A DNA stretch of 64,000 nucleotides from Candidatus Marinacidobacterales bacterium (GTDB lineage Bacteria > Acidobacteriota > Vicinamibacteria > Marinacidobacterales > SMYC01), in the NCBI GenBank assembly GCA_965237955.1, contig OZ250169.1:128001-192000 (forward strand), written 5' to 3'. Position 1 is the stretch's first letter. Every line of letters begins with the position of its first letter. Under the pieces are notes generated by a model that was given only the letters and a program-made list of their open reading frames with translations, was not told the origin of the DNA and did not search any database. A program made the translations under genes and the position numbers. Positions 35,365 through 44,404 of this stretch are shown in pieces.

Positions 35365-35661
35365 CGTTCGTTACTTTCCCGGTGATGTCCTATCGCCTGC
35401 TGACATTCCGGTGGCGACTCGGTTGACGATTAAGTGACGTTCACCGCGCACGATCCCAGGGAAGGCCACCCCCTGCTGTCCCATCTGGGCAAGCAAGCCG
35501 TCGACAGCTTTCGCAGTTTCGAAGAGGCACTCGTCACCGAAGACCAGGAGTACGACGTCATCGCGCTCCCCGAGCAGCGTCGTTGGCAACCGGTACCGCG
35601 AGACTAGCGAGTTCCAAGGACTCGCGCAGTCAGACTTGTCTCATCTCATCGCCGCCGCGTC

Positions 35662-35913
35662 TTATTGCTTCGCTGTCTTCTTCGCCTTCTCTGCCGCTTT
35701 GGCTTCTCGCACCTTTGCCTTCTCCGCCGCTTTGGCCTTGGCTTCCCGCACCTTTAGCCACGCACGGACCTCCCGCAGACGGAATTGAGACGCCACGCCG
35801 CGCCCTCTAGTGTGGACCGGCATCCCAGACCGCTCCCATTTTGTTACCATCTGTTTATCGACGCCCAAATGCTCGGCTAGCTCCGACCTCGTCAACACTC
35901 GCGCTTTGGCCAT
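35662..35913 (-). CDS. gpNu1/excisionase-like winged-HTH protein with Lys/Ala-rich tail
   Basis: LTRSELAEHLGVDKQMVTKWERSGMPV...FRLREVRAW resembles the lambda Nu1 N-terminus; GGAGGAGG RBS. Confidence 0.65.
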   Translation of the reverse strand: MAKARVLTRSELAEHLGVDKQMVTKWERSGMPVHTRGRGVASQFRLREVRAWLKVREAKAKAAEKAKVREAKAAEKAKKTAKQ

Positions 35914-36412
35914 AGTCCTCCTCCAAATGGCACTGCCCCCTTCTGCATTGAAAGACGCTCTTAGGGTACTACGGTTTCCCCTTGAACGAAGGATTCTAAT
36001 TCCTTTACTTCATTTCCACTCCTTTTGAGGGTAGCTCGTGTCCGTCAATTCATGACACTGATGGTCTATTTCAAAAGGGCCGAGTTTTGGCACAGGACGG
36101 GGTTGCTGGGGTATGGCCTGGCTCGAGAAGACGCTTCCTGAGGCATTCTCGCGCGTCGTTTTGGCGCCGCATCGTCTGGTACCCAGCTGCGGAAAGTGTG
36201 GACACCCTATTGAGTAGTCTGTCTTTCTGACTAGGCATCATAATGTCAATCGCGTCTTTCAGTGTCACCCTGAGGGCGCTTTGCTTACCGATGCCGCTCA
36301 TGTGGAAACTCCCACTTTTTCGGAGAGCCCTTTGAACGCGGCGAGTAGGCGGGAGTAGAATAGCTCCGCGATCGCTTCCTGCCGGGCTCCCTCGTGAAAG
36401 TGGCAGGACAGT

Positions 36413-36441
36413 CAAGCCGGGGTGCTAGCCCCGGCTTTTTC
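36413..36441 (+). terminator. Intrinsic terminator
   Basis: AAGCCGGGGT-GCTA-GCCCCGGCTT stem-loop followed by a T-run. Confidence 0.7.
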
Positions 36442-36635
36442 TGTATCTGGTGAAGGCGCAGCTCGGTCAGCGGTTACGCTTGAGCGACGAGCAGCGTCGA
36501 CGGCTCGCGGTCAAGGGGAACAACGCCGAGCATAGCGGCGAAGTTTCGCCGTCTTCGGCCAGGAATTCAAGCGGAGCGTAAGTCCTTGATTTCGTGGGCG
36601 GAGCAGTTTTGACGATGCACAGCTAGCAGAACTCT

Positions 36636-37256
36636 TCAAGCAGGGTTTGGCGACGGGAACAGTCCCTTGATCGTCTCTTCAAATCCTTGGCGACGCAACT
36701 CCCTGGCGATGAAGGGGAAGTGCGCCTGGAGGTAGTCGAACGTCGTGTGGCCCCAAGAGTAGCTCTGCACTACAGAGAAGCGCCACTCGACCAGAGAGTC
36801 ATCCTTGTTGAGGCGCAGTACCCGAATCGTGCGCTGCACGAGTTCCTGTTCGTTGTCACTGAGGCCATCTCCCGACACCACATAGAAGTTAGTGAAGTTG
36901 AGGGCGAACCAAGTATCCTCGATTGCGAAGGGGTCGACGATGTCATCCCGATCCCCCTTGTAGCTGTTGAGCTTCTCGAAGGCGAGGCGGTAGTTGCCCC
37001 ACTCGTAAGCGAGGGCGGGCATCACCGACTTCGGCCGAAAGTGATCAATTGAGCCATGGGCTGGTATCCAACAGGCACAGTACGCACAGAGATGACGATA
37101 GGCCGTGCGGGCCTGTGGCAGCATTCTCTTCCAGTAATCCTTACGCCTGAAGTCCTGACTGGTGGGAAACGCGCAACAACGTAGGAAGGCAGTACCGGGC
37201 TTTCGGACTTGGTGGTCGAAGTCAGGTGGCTCCGGAGCCACGCGCACACGAATCAT
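36636..37256 (-). CDS. HNH endonuclease (PtuB/retron-effector-like)
   Basis: CAYC...SIDHFRPKS..PALAYEWGNY......N..KG; ATGA overlap with the ATPase stop. Confidence 0.85.
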   Translation of the reverse strand: MIRVRVAPEPPDFDHQVRKPGTAFLRCCAFPTSQDFRRKDYWKRMLPQARTAYRHLCAYCACWIPAHGSIDHFRPKSVMPALAYEWGNYRLAFEKLNSYKGDRDDIVDPFAIEDTWFALNFTNFYVVSGDGLSDNEQELVQRTIRVLRLNKDDSLVEWRFSVVQSYSWGHTTFDYLQAHFPFIARELRRQGFEETIKGLFPSPNPA

Positions 37257-39130
37257 ACCTCGGCTCCGTGCTGTCTGGCGAAGAAGACCCACCGTTGCCA
37301 GAAAATGTCGTCCGCTGGGAGCGTGCCCCTCAGCTGCTCGGTGATGCTGTTAAGCTGTTCCCGGTTCGGACGAGGATCGTCCAGCACTCTCTTCGCCTCC
37401 TCTACGGTGCTTTCACCTTCTCGTGATCGGGCCTGCTTGAGTTCGAACACGTCCGATGTCAACCACTCGTCCACGCGGCCCAACCGCAGGAAGTCGACTG
37501 GGTTGAACGCGACCTCCCTGGAGTCAGAAAGCTGAAGGTGATACACCCGGTCGCTCTCGTCTGAGAACAGGGCCTCCAGAGAAAGCATGACAAGCGGGGA
37601 ATGCGTGGTGACCATGATTTGGGGCTCGATCTCCTTGCTCAGAATCGACGAGACATCCAGGATGGCAGGGAGAATGACCCGCTGCCACTGCGGGTGCAAG
37701 TGCGCCTCCATCTCGTCTATCAGCACCACGATGCGTTGCTCCGGCTGCTTCCGCGACAGATTCGCGGCAATCCGGTGCTCTGTCCACGCCCACACGAGCA
37801 GGTAGCCGAGGGTGGCTATCCGGCGCACGCCAGCCGACTCGTGGATGAAGGGGACATCGCCGTATGAGTGCTTGAGCACTGGGATCTCCCTGGCGTCACC
37901 GGGAACTCTTACTGGGTCGCCAGGCGTGAGATGCTCGGCTTCTGGGGGAGAGAGCCGTTCGAGTACCTTCGTGAAGAGCTCGAACTTGGCGTGGTCTGGG
38001 TGGTGCTGCCAGTTCACCCAGTCGCGCAACAGGCCCTCGATCTTGCCAGGAAGACCATCGAGCACATCGTCCCTCTGGAACACCAGAATCCGGGTATCCT
38101 CTCGTGCGTGCTTTGACTGGCGCATAGGGTCCCACACGGCAAACGACCCATCTACGCGGGCATAGACGATTAGCCCCGGAATCGTGGGCCGGCCTTTTGG
38201 AAATGGCCAGTCTTGGTTCTCCCAGTTGTAACGGATCGTCTTCTCCTCGGCCGTCCCGCCCGCCCGCACTATGTTGAACTTGATTGCGGGCTCCGACTTC
38301 GCTGCGTCAGGGCGTGGAGAGGCCACAGAACCTGACCAATGGCCGGTGAGGCTCCACCACGCGCAGTCCAGCAGGAAACTCTTGCCGAGTCCGTTGTCGC
38401 CGGTGATGATGCTGAGCCGCTCCCCAGGCTCATAGAGTAACCTGCGGACAGGCCCGATTCCGGCTATCTCGAGGAGCCGGAGGGTGCCACCGGTCTCAGG
38501 TGTCGCATCGGGCGGCGGCGGTGCACCCACAGCACGGAGCAGGTTCCTACCCTGGCACAGGTAGTGAGCACCAATTGCACGTGATGCTTCTGGTGGTAGG
38601 CCGGTGTCAAAGAGCTCCCGCTGCTCTTCATCTGATATGTGATAGTCGCGGAAGAAGGCCGAGAGGACGTCTGCAGCGGCCGTTTGTGGCGGCCAGTCTG
38701 TTTCCCGGTATAGCCACACCGCGAGCCAGAAAGCAGAGACCGAATAAGTCTGATCACGCGCGAGCTTCGCCTTAAGTGTGGGCACGTAGTCGGTCTTCCA
38801 TCCCCACTGATCGGTGTTTCGCTTATGCAGGAAAGCTTCGGCAAGTTGCCCTCGGGTTCGCGTGCTCTGCGAGCCTGACATGGGGTACTTTTGGGACAAC
38901 CATGACCGCCGAGAGGACGTCTTGAAGGGCTGGTAGTAGTAGGTGGATTGGGGATCCGGTTTGTAGTGGAGCTGAAGAAACTCCTTCTCATTGTGATTCA
39001 CGGGGAAGGAAACCATGTGACCGACAGGGAGTCTGCCCTGCTTACAAACCAGGTAGGTAATTCCGAAGAATGGATGGACGCGCCGCAGGCGGGTGGCTGC
39101 CTGCTGGATGGCTGCCTCCGTTAGGTACAT
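37253..39130 (-). CDS. ABC-type (AAA_21, PtuA-like) ATPase with extra ~210-aa N-terminal domain
   Basis: Walker A GDNGLGKS, signature ESAG, Walker B LIDEMEAHLHPQWQ, TTHSP. Confidence 0.9.
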   Translation of the reverse strand: MYLTEAAIQQAATRLRRVHPFFGITYLVCKQGRLPVGHMVSFPVNHNEKEFLQLHYKPDPQSTYYYQPFKTSSRRSWLSQKYPMSGSQSTRTRGQLAEAFLHKRNTDQWGWKTDYVPTLKAKLARDQTYSVSAFWLAVWLYRETDWPPQTAAADVLSAFFRDYHISDEEQRELFDTGLPPEASRAIGAHYLCQGRNLLRAVGAPPPPDATPETGGTLRLLEIAGIGPVRRLLYEPGERLSIITGDNGLGKSFLLDCAWWSLTGHWSGSVASPRPDAAKSEPAIKFNIVRAGGTAEEKTIRYNWENQDWPFPKGRPTIPGLIVYARVDGSFAVWDPMRQSKHAREDTRILVFQRDDVLDGLPGKIEGLLRDWVNWQHHPDHAKFELFTKVLERLSPPEAEHLTPGDPVRVPGDAREIPVLKHSYGDVPFIHESAGVRRIATLGYLLVWAWTEHRIAANLSRKQPEQRIVVLIDEMEAHLHPQWQRVILPAILDVSSILSKEIEPQIMVTTHSPLVMLSLEALFSDESDRVYHLQLSDSREVAFNPVDFLRLGRVDEWLTSDVFELKQARSREGESTVEEAKRVLDDPRPNREQLNSITEQLRGTLPADDIFWQRWVFFARQHGAEV

Positions 39131-40020
39131 ATCGAGAGCTTCGTCAGGTGCTCCACGATGTGGCGGCAGAAATTAGGTTGTAGGTCAATGCCGGTCACGT
39201 CGCAACCATGGGCCAGTGCGACTCGCAACGTAGTTCCAGCGCCCACGAATGGGTCGAGGACGGTGCCGCCTGATTCGCATCCCATCAAGAGGCACTTCTC
39301 GACGAGTTCATCGGGGTATGGAGCTGTATCCAAGCCGTTGGGCAGGGGTTTCGGGCGTGCCGGTATGGTCCACACGTCCTCTTCAATCACGATATCCTCC
39401 AACGCCTCACGGCTGAAGTGATAATACCTGTCCTTTGCGAACATGAAAACATACTCATAGCTCCGCCGCGGCCGATCCCTTACGGCTTCTGGCAATGTCT
39501 GGTGGCGGTGCCAGATAATCGTGCTCCTGAGAACCCACTGACGCGCCATCATTTCCATAGCCACGCGCCAGGGGACTCCGATGAGTGACTTGCGCAACAC
39601 ACCGATGCCCAATCCTCCGCTCTTATCAACGGGCCTAACGCCGAAGCGCCGCTTCCTGCTCTTCTTGTCCTGTCCGTGTGCTCGACCCTTGCCTGAGTAG
39701 TAGGTGTCCCCAAGGTTCAGAAAGAGCAGCCCATCTGATCGGAGAACCCGATGGACTTCGTCCATCACGGCCGCGAGACTTTGGACATATTCGCCCACGG
39801 AGTCCTCCAAACCCATTTGGCCTGCTACTCCGTAGTCTCGTAGACTGTAGTAGGGAGGCGAGGTCACTACGCAGTTGAACCTCTCTTCGGGAAGGCCAGC
39901 AAGCACACTCTGGGCGTCACCGCAGTGGACGTGCCAGCACCTACCCTCGATTGTGCTCCCCTCCCACGAATTGATTGGGGTTGACGGAGAGACAGCGGTG
40001 CTACCGGACCCGTCTGCCAA
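39121..40020 (-). CDS. Site-specific amino (N4-C/N6-A) DNA methyltransferase, beta class
   Basis: VTSPPY near the N-terminus, FLNLGD, VLDPFVGAGTT near the C-terminus; overlaps the ATPase start by 10 bp. Confidence 0.92.
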   Translation of the reverse strand: MADGSGSTAVSPSTPINSWEGSTIEGRCWHVHCGDAQSVLAGLPEERFNCVVTSPPYYSLRDYGVAGQMGLEDSVGEYVQSLAAVMDEVHRVLRSDGLLFLNLGDTYYSGKGRAHGQDKKSRKRRFGVRPVDKSGGLGIGVLRKSLIGVPWRVAMEMMARQWVLRSTIIWHRHQTLPEAVRDRPRRSYEYVFMFAKDRYYHFSREALEDIVIEEDVWTIPARPKPLPNGLDTAPYPDELVEKCLLMGCESGGTVLDPFVGAGTTLRVALAHGCDVTGIDLQPNFCRHIVEHLTKLSICT

Positions 40021-40083
40021 ACCTTATGCCTCCTCGCCCGTGGCCGGGCAGTGAATAGCGTGGACGGCAGGACACCGCCGCGG

Positions 40084-40599
40084 TCACCTGCTCCACTTTC
40101 GAGCCGGGGTCCTTCCCGTCCACAACCGTTGTGAATCCTCAGAGCGAGACGTTTCTTGAGCGGTTAACCTTCTTGACTTGCAGGCCTTATGAACTTCATC
40201 AGGCGTTTGGTAGTCCAACGATGAGTGAAGCCGGTCCCGGTCGTAGTAACGAACGTACGCATCAATGCAGACCTTCAGATAATCGTCGGTCGAGAATTCG
40301 AACTCCTTCTTGAGTTGGGCGACAGAGGTGCCCTCGAAAACGATCACGTCCCGAGTGCCCATCACTTCTTCATGGAAGACGCCAGCCTCGTCATCGAAAG
40401 TAACCGCTGCACGGTATCTTTTGAATTCTATCATCGTTTTCAGGGCGTCTTTGACAGAAAAGACCTTTCCCTCCACTGCACTACAATCCGGGCAGACCCT
40501 TTCATCTTGTACCGTTGAGACCATCACCCTCGCGATGCCCACTCGATCCATGCGCTTGAGAACAGCGCGGAGCCGTTTTCGGTCTGCGCGTTCAGCCAT
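40084..40599 (-). pseudogene. Mosaic ORF: Cys-motif fragment, HicB fragment and IS3 integrase tail
   Basis: DERVCPDC..EGKVF; YRAAVTFDDEAGVFH...DVIVFEGTSVAQLKKEF...DDYL (HicB); YY..DRLHSSLDYQTP (IS3). Confidence 0.6.
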
Positions 40600-40671
40600 C
40601 CGGATCTACACGGGAAAGAAGAATGGCTCAAGAATCAGCTGGCTAAACTGCCACGCGTGGATTTTTCGACC

Positions 40672-42101
40672 CCGTCCTGTGCCAAAACTCGGCCCTTTTG
40701 AAATAGACCATAAATCAGCAGCTTAGTGTCTGTGTTTGCGACCGGGCCAAGGGCCGTAGGCTTTACAATCTCTTGGGCGGGCGGGTCGTCATCATGCAGA
40801 TGACCACCTAGTCGAGAGCGAATATCGAAGCGTGTTCCTGAAGCTGTTTCCGCGCTACGTCGGTCGAGCCCACCGAGGGCCTACCGTCGCCAGCGACAAT
40901 CTACGCGGCACGGTAGTAGTAGTTGAGAATGCCCCCGAGTCGCTCTCGCGACACGATGGGGCCAGCGTCATTCGCGCTTGCCGGCAGAGGTGTGATGAGT
41001 TCGTTGCCGAGACCTTGGTGGTTCCGTTCTGTGTGATAGTGCACTACGTATTCGGTTACCGCTGTCCGCAGGTGTCGCTCACTGAGAGGCACGAAGCGGT
41101 CGAGACATTCTCGACGTATGGAGAGAACGAATCTTTCCGCATATGCGTTCAGATTCGGACTATTAGCGGGAAGGCGGAGGGGCTTCACGCCTGAATCTCT
41201 CAACAGCCCACGTACCGCCTCGGTGAATAGCGGGTCCCGGTCGTGGATGAGGTACCGCTTGCCAAGGAGGAAACCATCCCACATGTCCGTGAGGTTTCTT
41301 GCCACCTGCTTCATCCACTCCCCGTTTGGGTCCGAGCTTATCCCACCGATGCATACGCAGCGAGTGGCGATATCGATGACAAACAGGACATGGTAGCGGA
41401 CGAGCCCGAACGGGTTCACCACCTCGACGGTGAACAGGTCGGTCGCAGCGATAGCGCCCCAATGAGCCTTGATGAAGGTGCTCCACGACATGCTCTTGCC
41501 CCGCTCCGGGGCAGGAGCGATACCGTGCTCGGCGAGGACCCTCTTGATGGTGTTGCGTCCGAGTTCATGTCCGAGGTTCTTGAGTACGCCCCGCAGGCGC
41601 GTATATCCCCACGTCGGGTTCTCCCGCGCCATGCGTACAATGAGCTCACGGATGTCCTTCGCCGTGGGAGGTCGGCCTGGGCTCCGGTTCTTGCTGCCAT
41701 CGTACTTGGCTGCGATGAGGCAGCGGTACCAGCGTAGAAGCGTAGCGGGTGTGGCAACGGACGCAATCTGGGCCAGCGCCTCGCGGCCCAAGGCCTGGGC
41801 CTTGACGGCGAGCCTACGCCGGTCGTCGTCAGAGAGCCTGAGACGCTTGCCCCGAAGCCCGGCTCGGAGCACACGGTTTTCCTCTTGCAGGTAGTCGATC
41901 ACATCCTGCTGCTGGCGGTTGACCCAGCCAGCCAGAACGAGCAGTAGGAATTGCACGTGGTACGTCATGATGGAACTGAAGATAACACCCTCGGGCCAGA
42001 CGATTGTAGAGCCCACGGCCCTTGGCCCGGTCGCAAAACACAGACGCTAAGCTGCTGATTTATCGGCTATTTCAAGAGGGCCGAGTTTTGGCACAGGACG
42101 G
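40672..42101 (-). mobile_element. Complete rve/integrase-core IS (IS481/IS3-like; transposase 40901..41968) with long imperfect TIRs
   Basis: [39 protein letters not shown]; TIRs CCGTCCTGTGCCAAAACTCGGCCC... of about 90 bp. Confidence 0.9.
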
Positions 42102-42102
42102 G

Positions 42103-42545
42103 CTTGCCGATCCCAAAACGGATTACGGCTCTACTTGAGACGTGGAAGTGGCGTCATCTTGACCGCCATCCCACGCACTCGACCGCTCGATTGCCGAAAT
42201 ATGCTGCCAACGCTTCGAGGAGACCGAATGAGAGTTCGGCGGTCGTTTGCGTCGCAGTTCCCACAACCGGTCCGGCGAGATCGATGTCTCCAGGGGCACC
42301 GAGGGCCAAAAGCGGCGCGGGCATTGGCGCGGACCACTCGCCGGTCACCGCCGTGCCATTCTGGACCAGTTCCGCTTGCCCATCGCCGGAGAATAGAATT
42401 CCGTCGAACGTCCCGGACCACCTGCCGGTGAGTGTCACGTACTCGTGCACCTGGTTGTCGTCGGGCGCCGTCGGCGCCGTCGGTCCGTCGTCGCCGCACG
42501 AACCGGCCAGCAACGCAAGACAGACGATGACCGCTGAACGTGTCA
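42103..42545 (-). CDS. Putative lipoprotein, degenerate or truncated at the 3' end
   Basis: VIVCLALLAGSC lipobox then GDDGPTAPT; LTGRWSG; abuts an IS end. Confidence 0.5.
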
Positions 42546-44375
42546 CGGGCTTATGGCAACTCTGAATGTTTCCCAAGCCTGTATAAGCTGGGTGCCACCC
42601 AAGGTTAGCCCGCCGCCCCCGCCAAGTACTGCAAGAACGTAGTGGCCGCTATGGCTTTGGAAGGCAATCGCGTCGCCAGTCCGAATGTCCGACACGTTTT
42701 CCTCGTCAACGCGATGTATCCGGAACGATTCCCATGTCCCTGGAGCCGTTGCACCAGCGTCCAGAACATCGCCGCCGCCGGCCACGGCGCGGACATAGAA
42801 CGAGGCATCCGTACGAAGATGGACGACGTCGCCGGACATCACGCACCCGCCGTTCTGATCCTCAAGAGTGAACCGTTCCCACGGCCCGGCTGTGTTCCCG
42901 TCCGCTCGTAACTGCCCTCCCCCGCCACCCTCCGCGACCAGGTATTGCCCGTTGTGGGCCTGTAAAGTGACCTCTGCGGGGCCGTCGATGCCGAGACACG
43001 GCGTCCGCCGAAAATTCGCAATAGCGGAAGCATTTTCGTTATGGACACGGCGACCGTCTGCCGGTCCTTCGATATCATCAGACGGAGTTGCTCCTGACAC
43101 CCCCATCGGGTCACCGCGGTAGGACTGATCAGGGTTGGAAAAGCGAAACAGCTGTGGGCAAGGCGACCGGCCCTTTCCGTCCGGGTGGGGAATCGACTCG
43201 AAGCCCGCGTCCGCGCACTGCAACTCGTACGCCATGACAGTGTGCCAGCGTCTCGACTCCGTCGCCCCGGCCTCGAACGCCTTCTGGTTCACATAGCCAA
43301 ATGCATACGGAGGTTCCAGGCGCCTCAATATCTCTCCCTCTCTATCTTGAGCATAACGGTCGTGATACATTCCCATGTTGTGCCCAATTTCATGAGCAAT
43401 ATTTTCAGACCGACTGGGACAATTCGAATACATGGCGGTAGGCGTAGAAGACAAGGAGAAAGCGCCATAGAGGTCAGCTAGCCCACTACAACCAGCAGGC
43501 GTGCCGATGACCAAATGAACCAGGTCCGCGTAGTATTGATCGCGCCACGCGTGAACCTCGTCCATCTGTCCATCCGATGGATCTGTCAATGCTCTGAGAG
43601 CTGGCCTCATTGTCTCCAAAGAGTTGGTCATTGTGGGTTCTTCTATGTAAGTGACCTCTGCCGCGTGTGCCAAATGCAGCCGATGCTGGATGCCGCTCTC
43701 TGCATAGGACCGGTTGATTTCGGTGATGAAAAGATCTATCAGCGTTCTGATCCCAGCTGTCCCTCCCTCGGCATCCCGCGCAGCAGGAGTATAGACCACC
43801 ATGACATCAATGCGTGAAGGATCATCATCTGATTCCGATCGGAGAGGTTCGCCAGCGTCTGTCACTCCGAATGACTGCGGATGACGACTTCCGGTCTGGA
43901 AGCCTCCATCAAAGATGGGTGGTTCCCTGAAGATAGCATCAGCAGGGTCCACTTGTCGGATCCTGACGACACCGAGGTTAGTCGAACGGATGTCGTAGAT
44001 CTCTGTTGGAGTCCGTACCGTCCCTGCGACAGTATCTCCATTGACTACTAGTGTCAATGTGCCGAATGGCACGCCTACCAGGTCGCCGAACAGCGCATAG
44101 CCCGATGAGGTAGTCGCGGTTCGTGAAACAATTGCCTTGAACACGGTGTCGTTAAACAGGTTCAGTACCAGTACTGTTGATGCGACTCCCCCGCTTGCAT
44201 GAACAAACGCCCTCGACAACTGCTGATCGTCAACTCGGACTAGGCGCGTACGGTCTAGTCCCAGTCCCGTAGTCCGTACGGGCTCAATCTCGACGAACAG
44301 CCACTTCTCTTGAGCAACGGCGACAACACACCACAATGCGTTCATCATTGCCAGTCCAACGACGACCGTTCGCAT
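42543..44375 (-). CDS. Secreted reprolysin-like (M12) zinc metallopeptidase with C-terminal fascin-like repeats
   Basis: Signal peptide; IDVMVVYT; HEIGHNMGMYHD; Met-turn TVMAY; repeated LQAHNGQYLVAEGGGG...GPWERF. Confidence 0.88.
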   Translation of the reverse strand: MRTVVVGLAMMNALWCVVAVAQEKWLFVEIEPVRTTGLGLDRTRLVRVDDQQLSRAFVHASGGVASTVLVLNLFNDTVFKAIVSRTATTSSGYALFGDLVGVPFGTLTLVVNGDTVAGTVRTPTEIYDIRSTNLGVVRIRQVDPADAIFREPPIFDGGFQTGSRHPQSFGVTDAGEPLRSESDDDPSRIDVMVVYTPAARDAEGGTAGIRTLIDLFITEINRSYAESGIQHRLHLAHAAEVTYIEEPTMTNSLETMRPALRALTDPSDGQMDEVHAWRDQYYADLVHLVIGTPAGCSGLADLYGAFSLSSTPTAMYSNCPSRSENIAHEIGHNMGMYHDRYAQDREGEILRRLEPPYAFGYVNQKAFEAGATESRRWHTVMAYELQCADAGFESIPHPDGKGRSPCPQLFRFSNPDQSYRGDPMGVSGATPSDDIEGPADGRRVHNENASAIANFRRTPCLGIDGPAEVTLQAHNGQYLVAEGGGGGQLRADGNTAGPWERFTLEDQNGGCVMSGDVVHLRTDASFYVRAVAGGGDVLDAGATAPGTWESFRIHRVDEENVSDIRTGDAIAFQSHSGHYVLAVLGGGGGLTLGGTQLIQAWETFRVAISP

Positions 44376-44404
44376 ATAAGAACCTCCCCGAGCCCAGGAA
44401 CTAG

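Noticed and set aside
36636-40670. Retron associated with the ATPase-HNH pair
   Set aside because: No reverse transcriptase (YADD-type) ORF in the window
28466-42101. CRISPR-associated transposon
   Set aside because: No tnsB/tnsC/tniQ; cas3 is intact; adjacent transposases are ordinary IS
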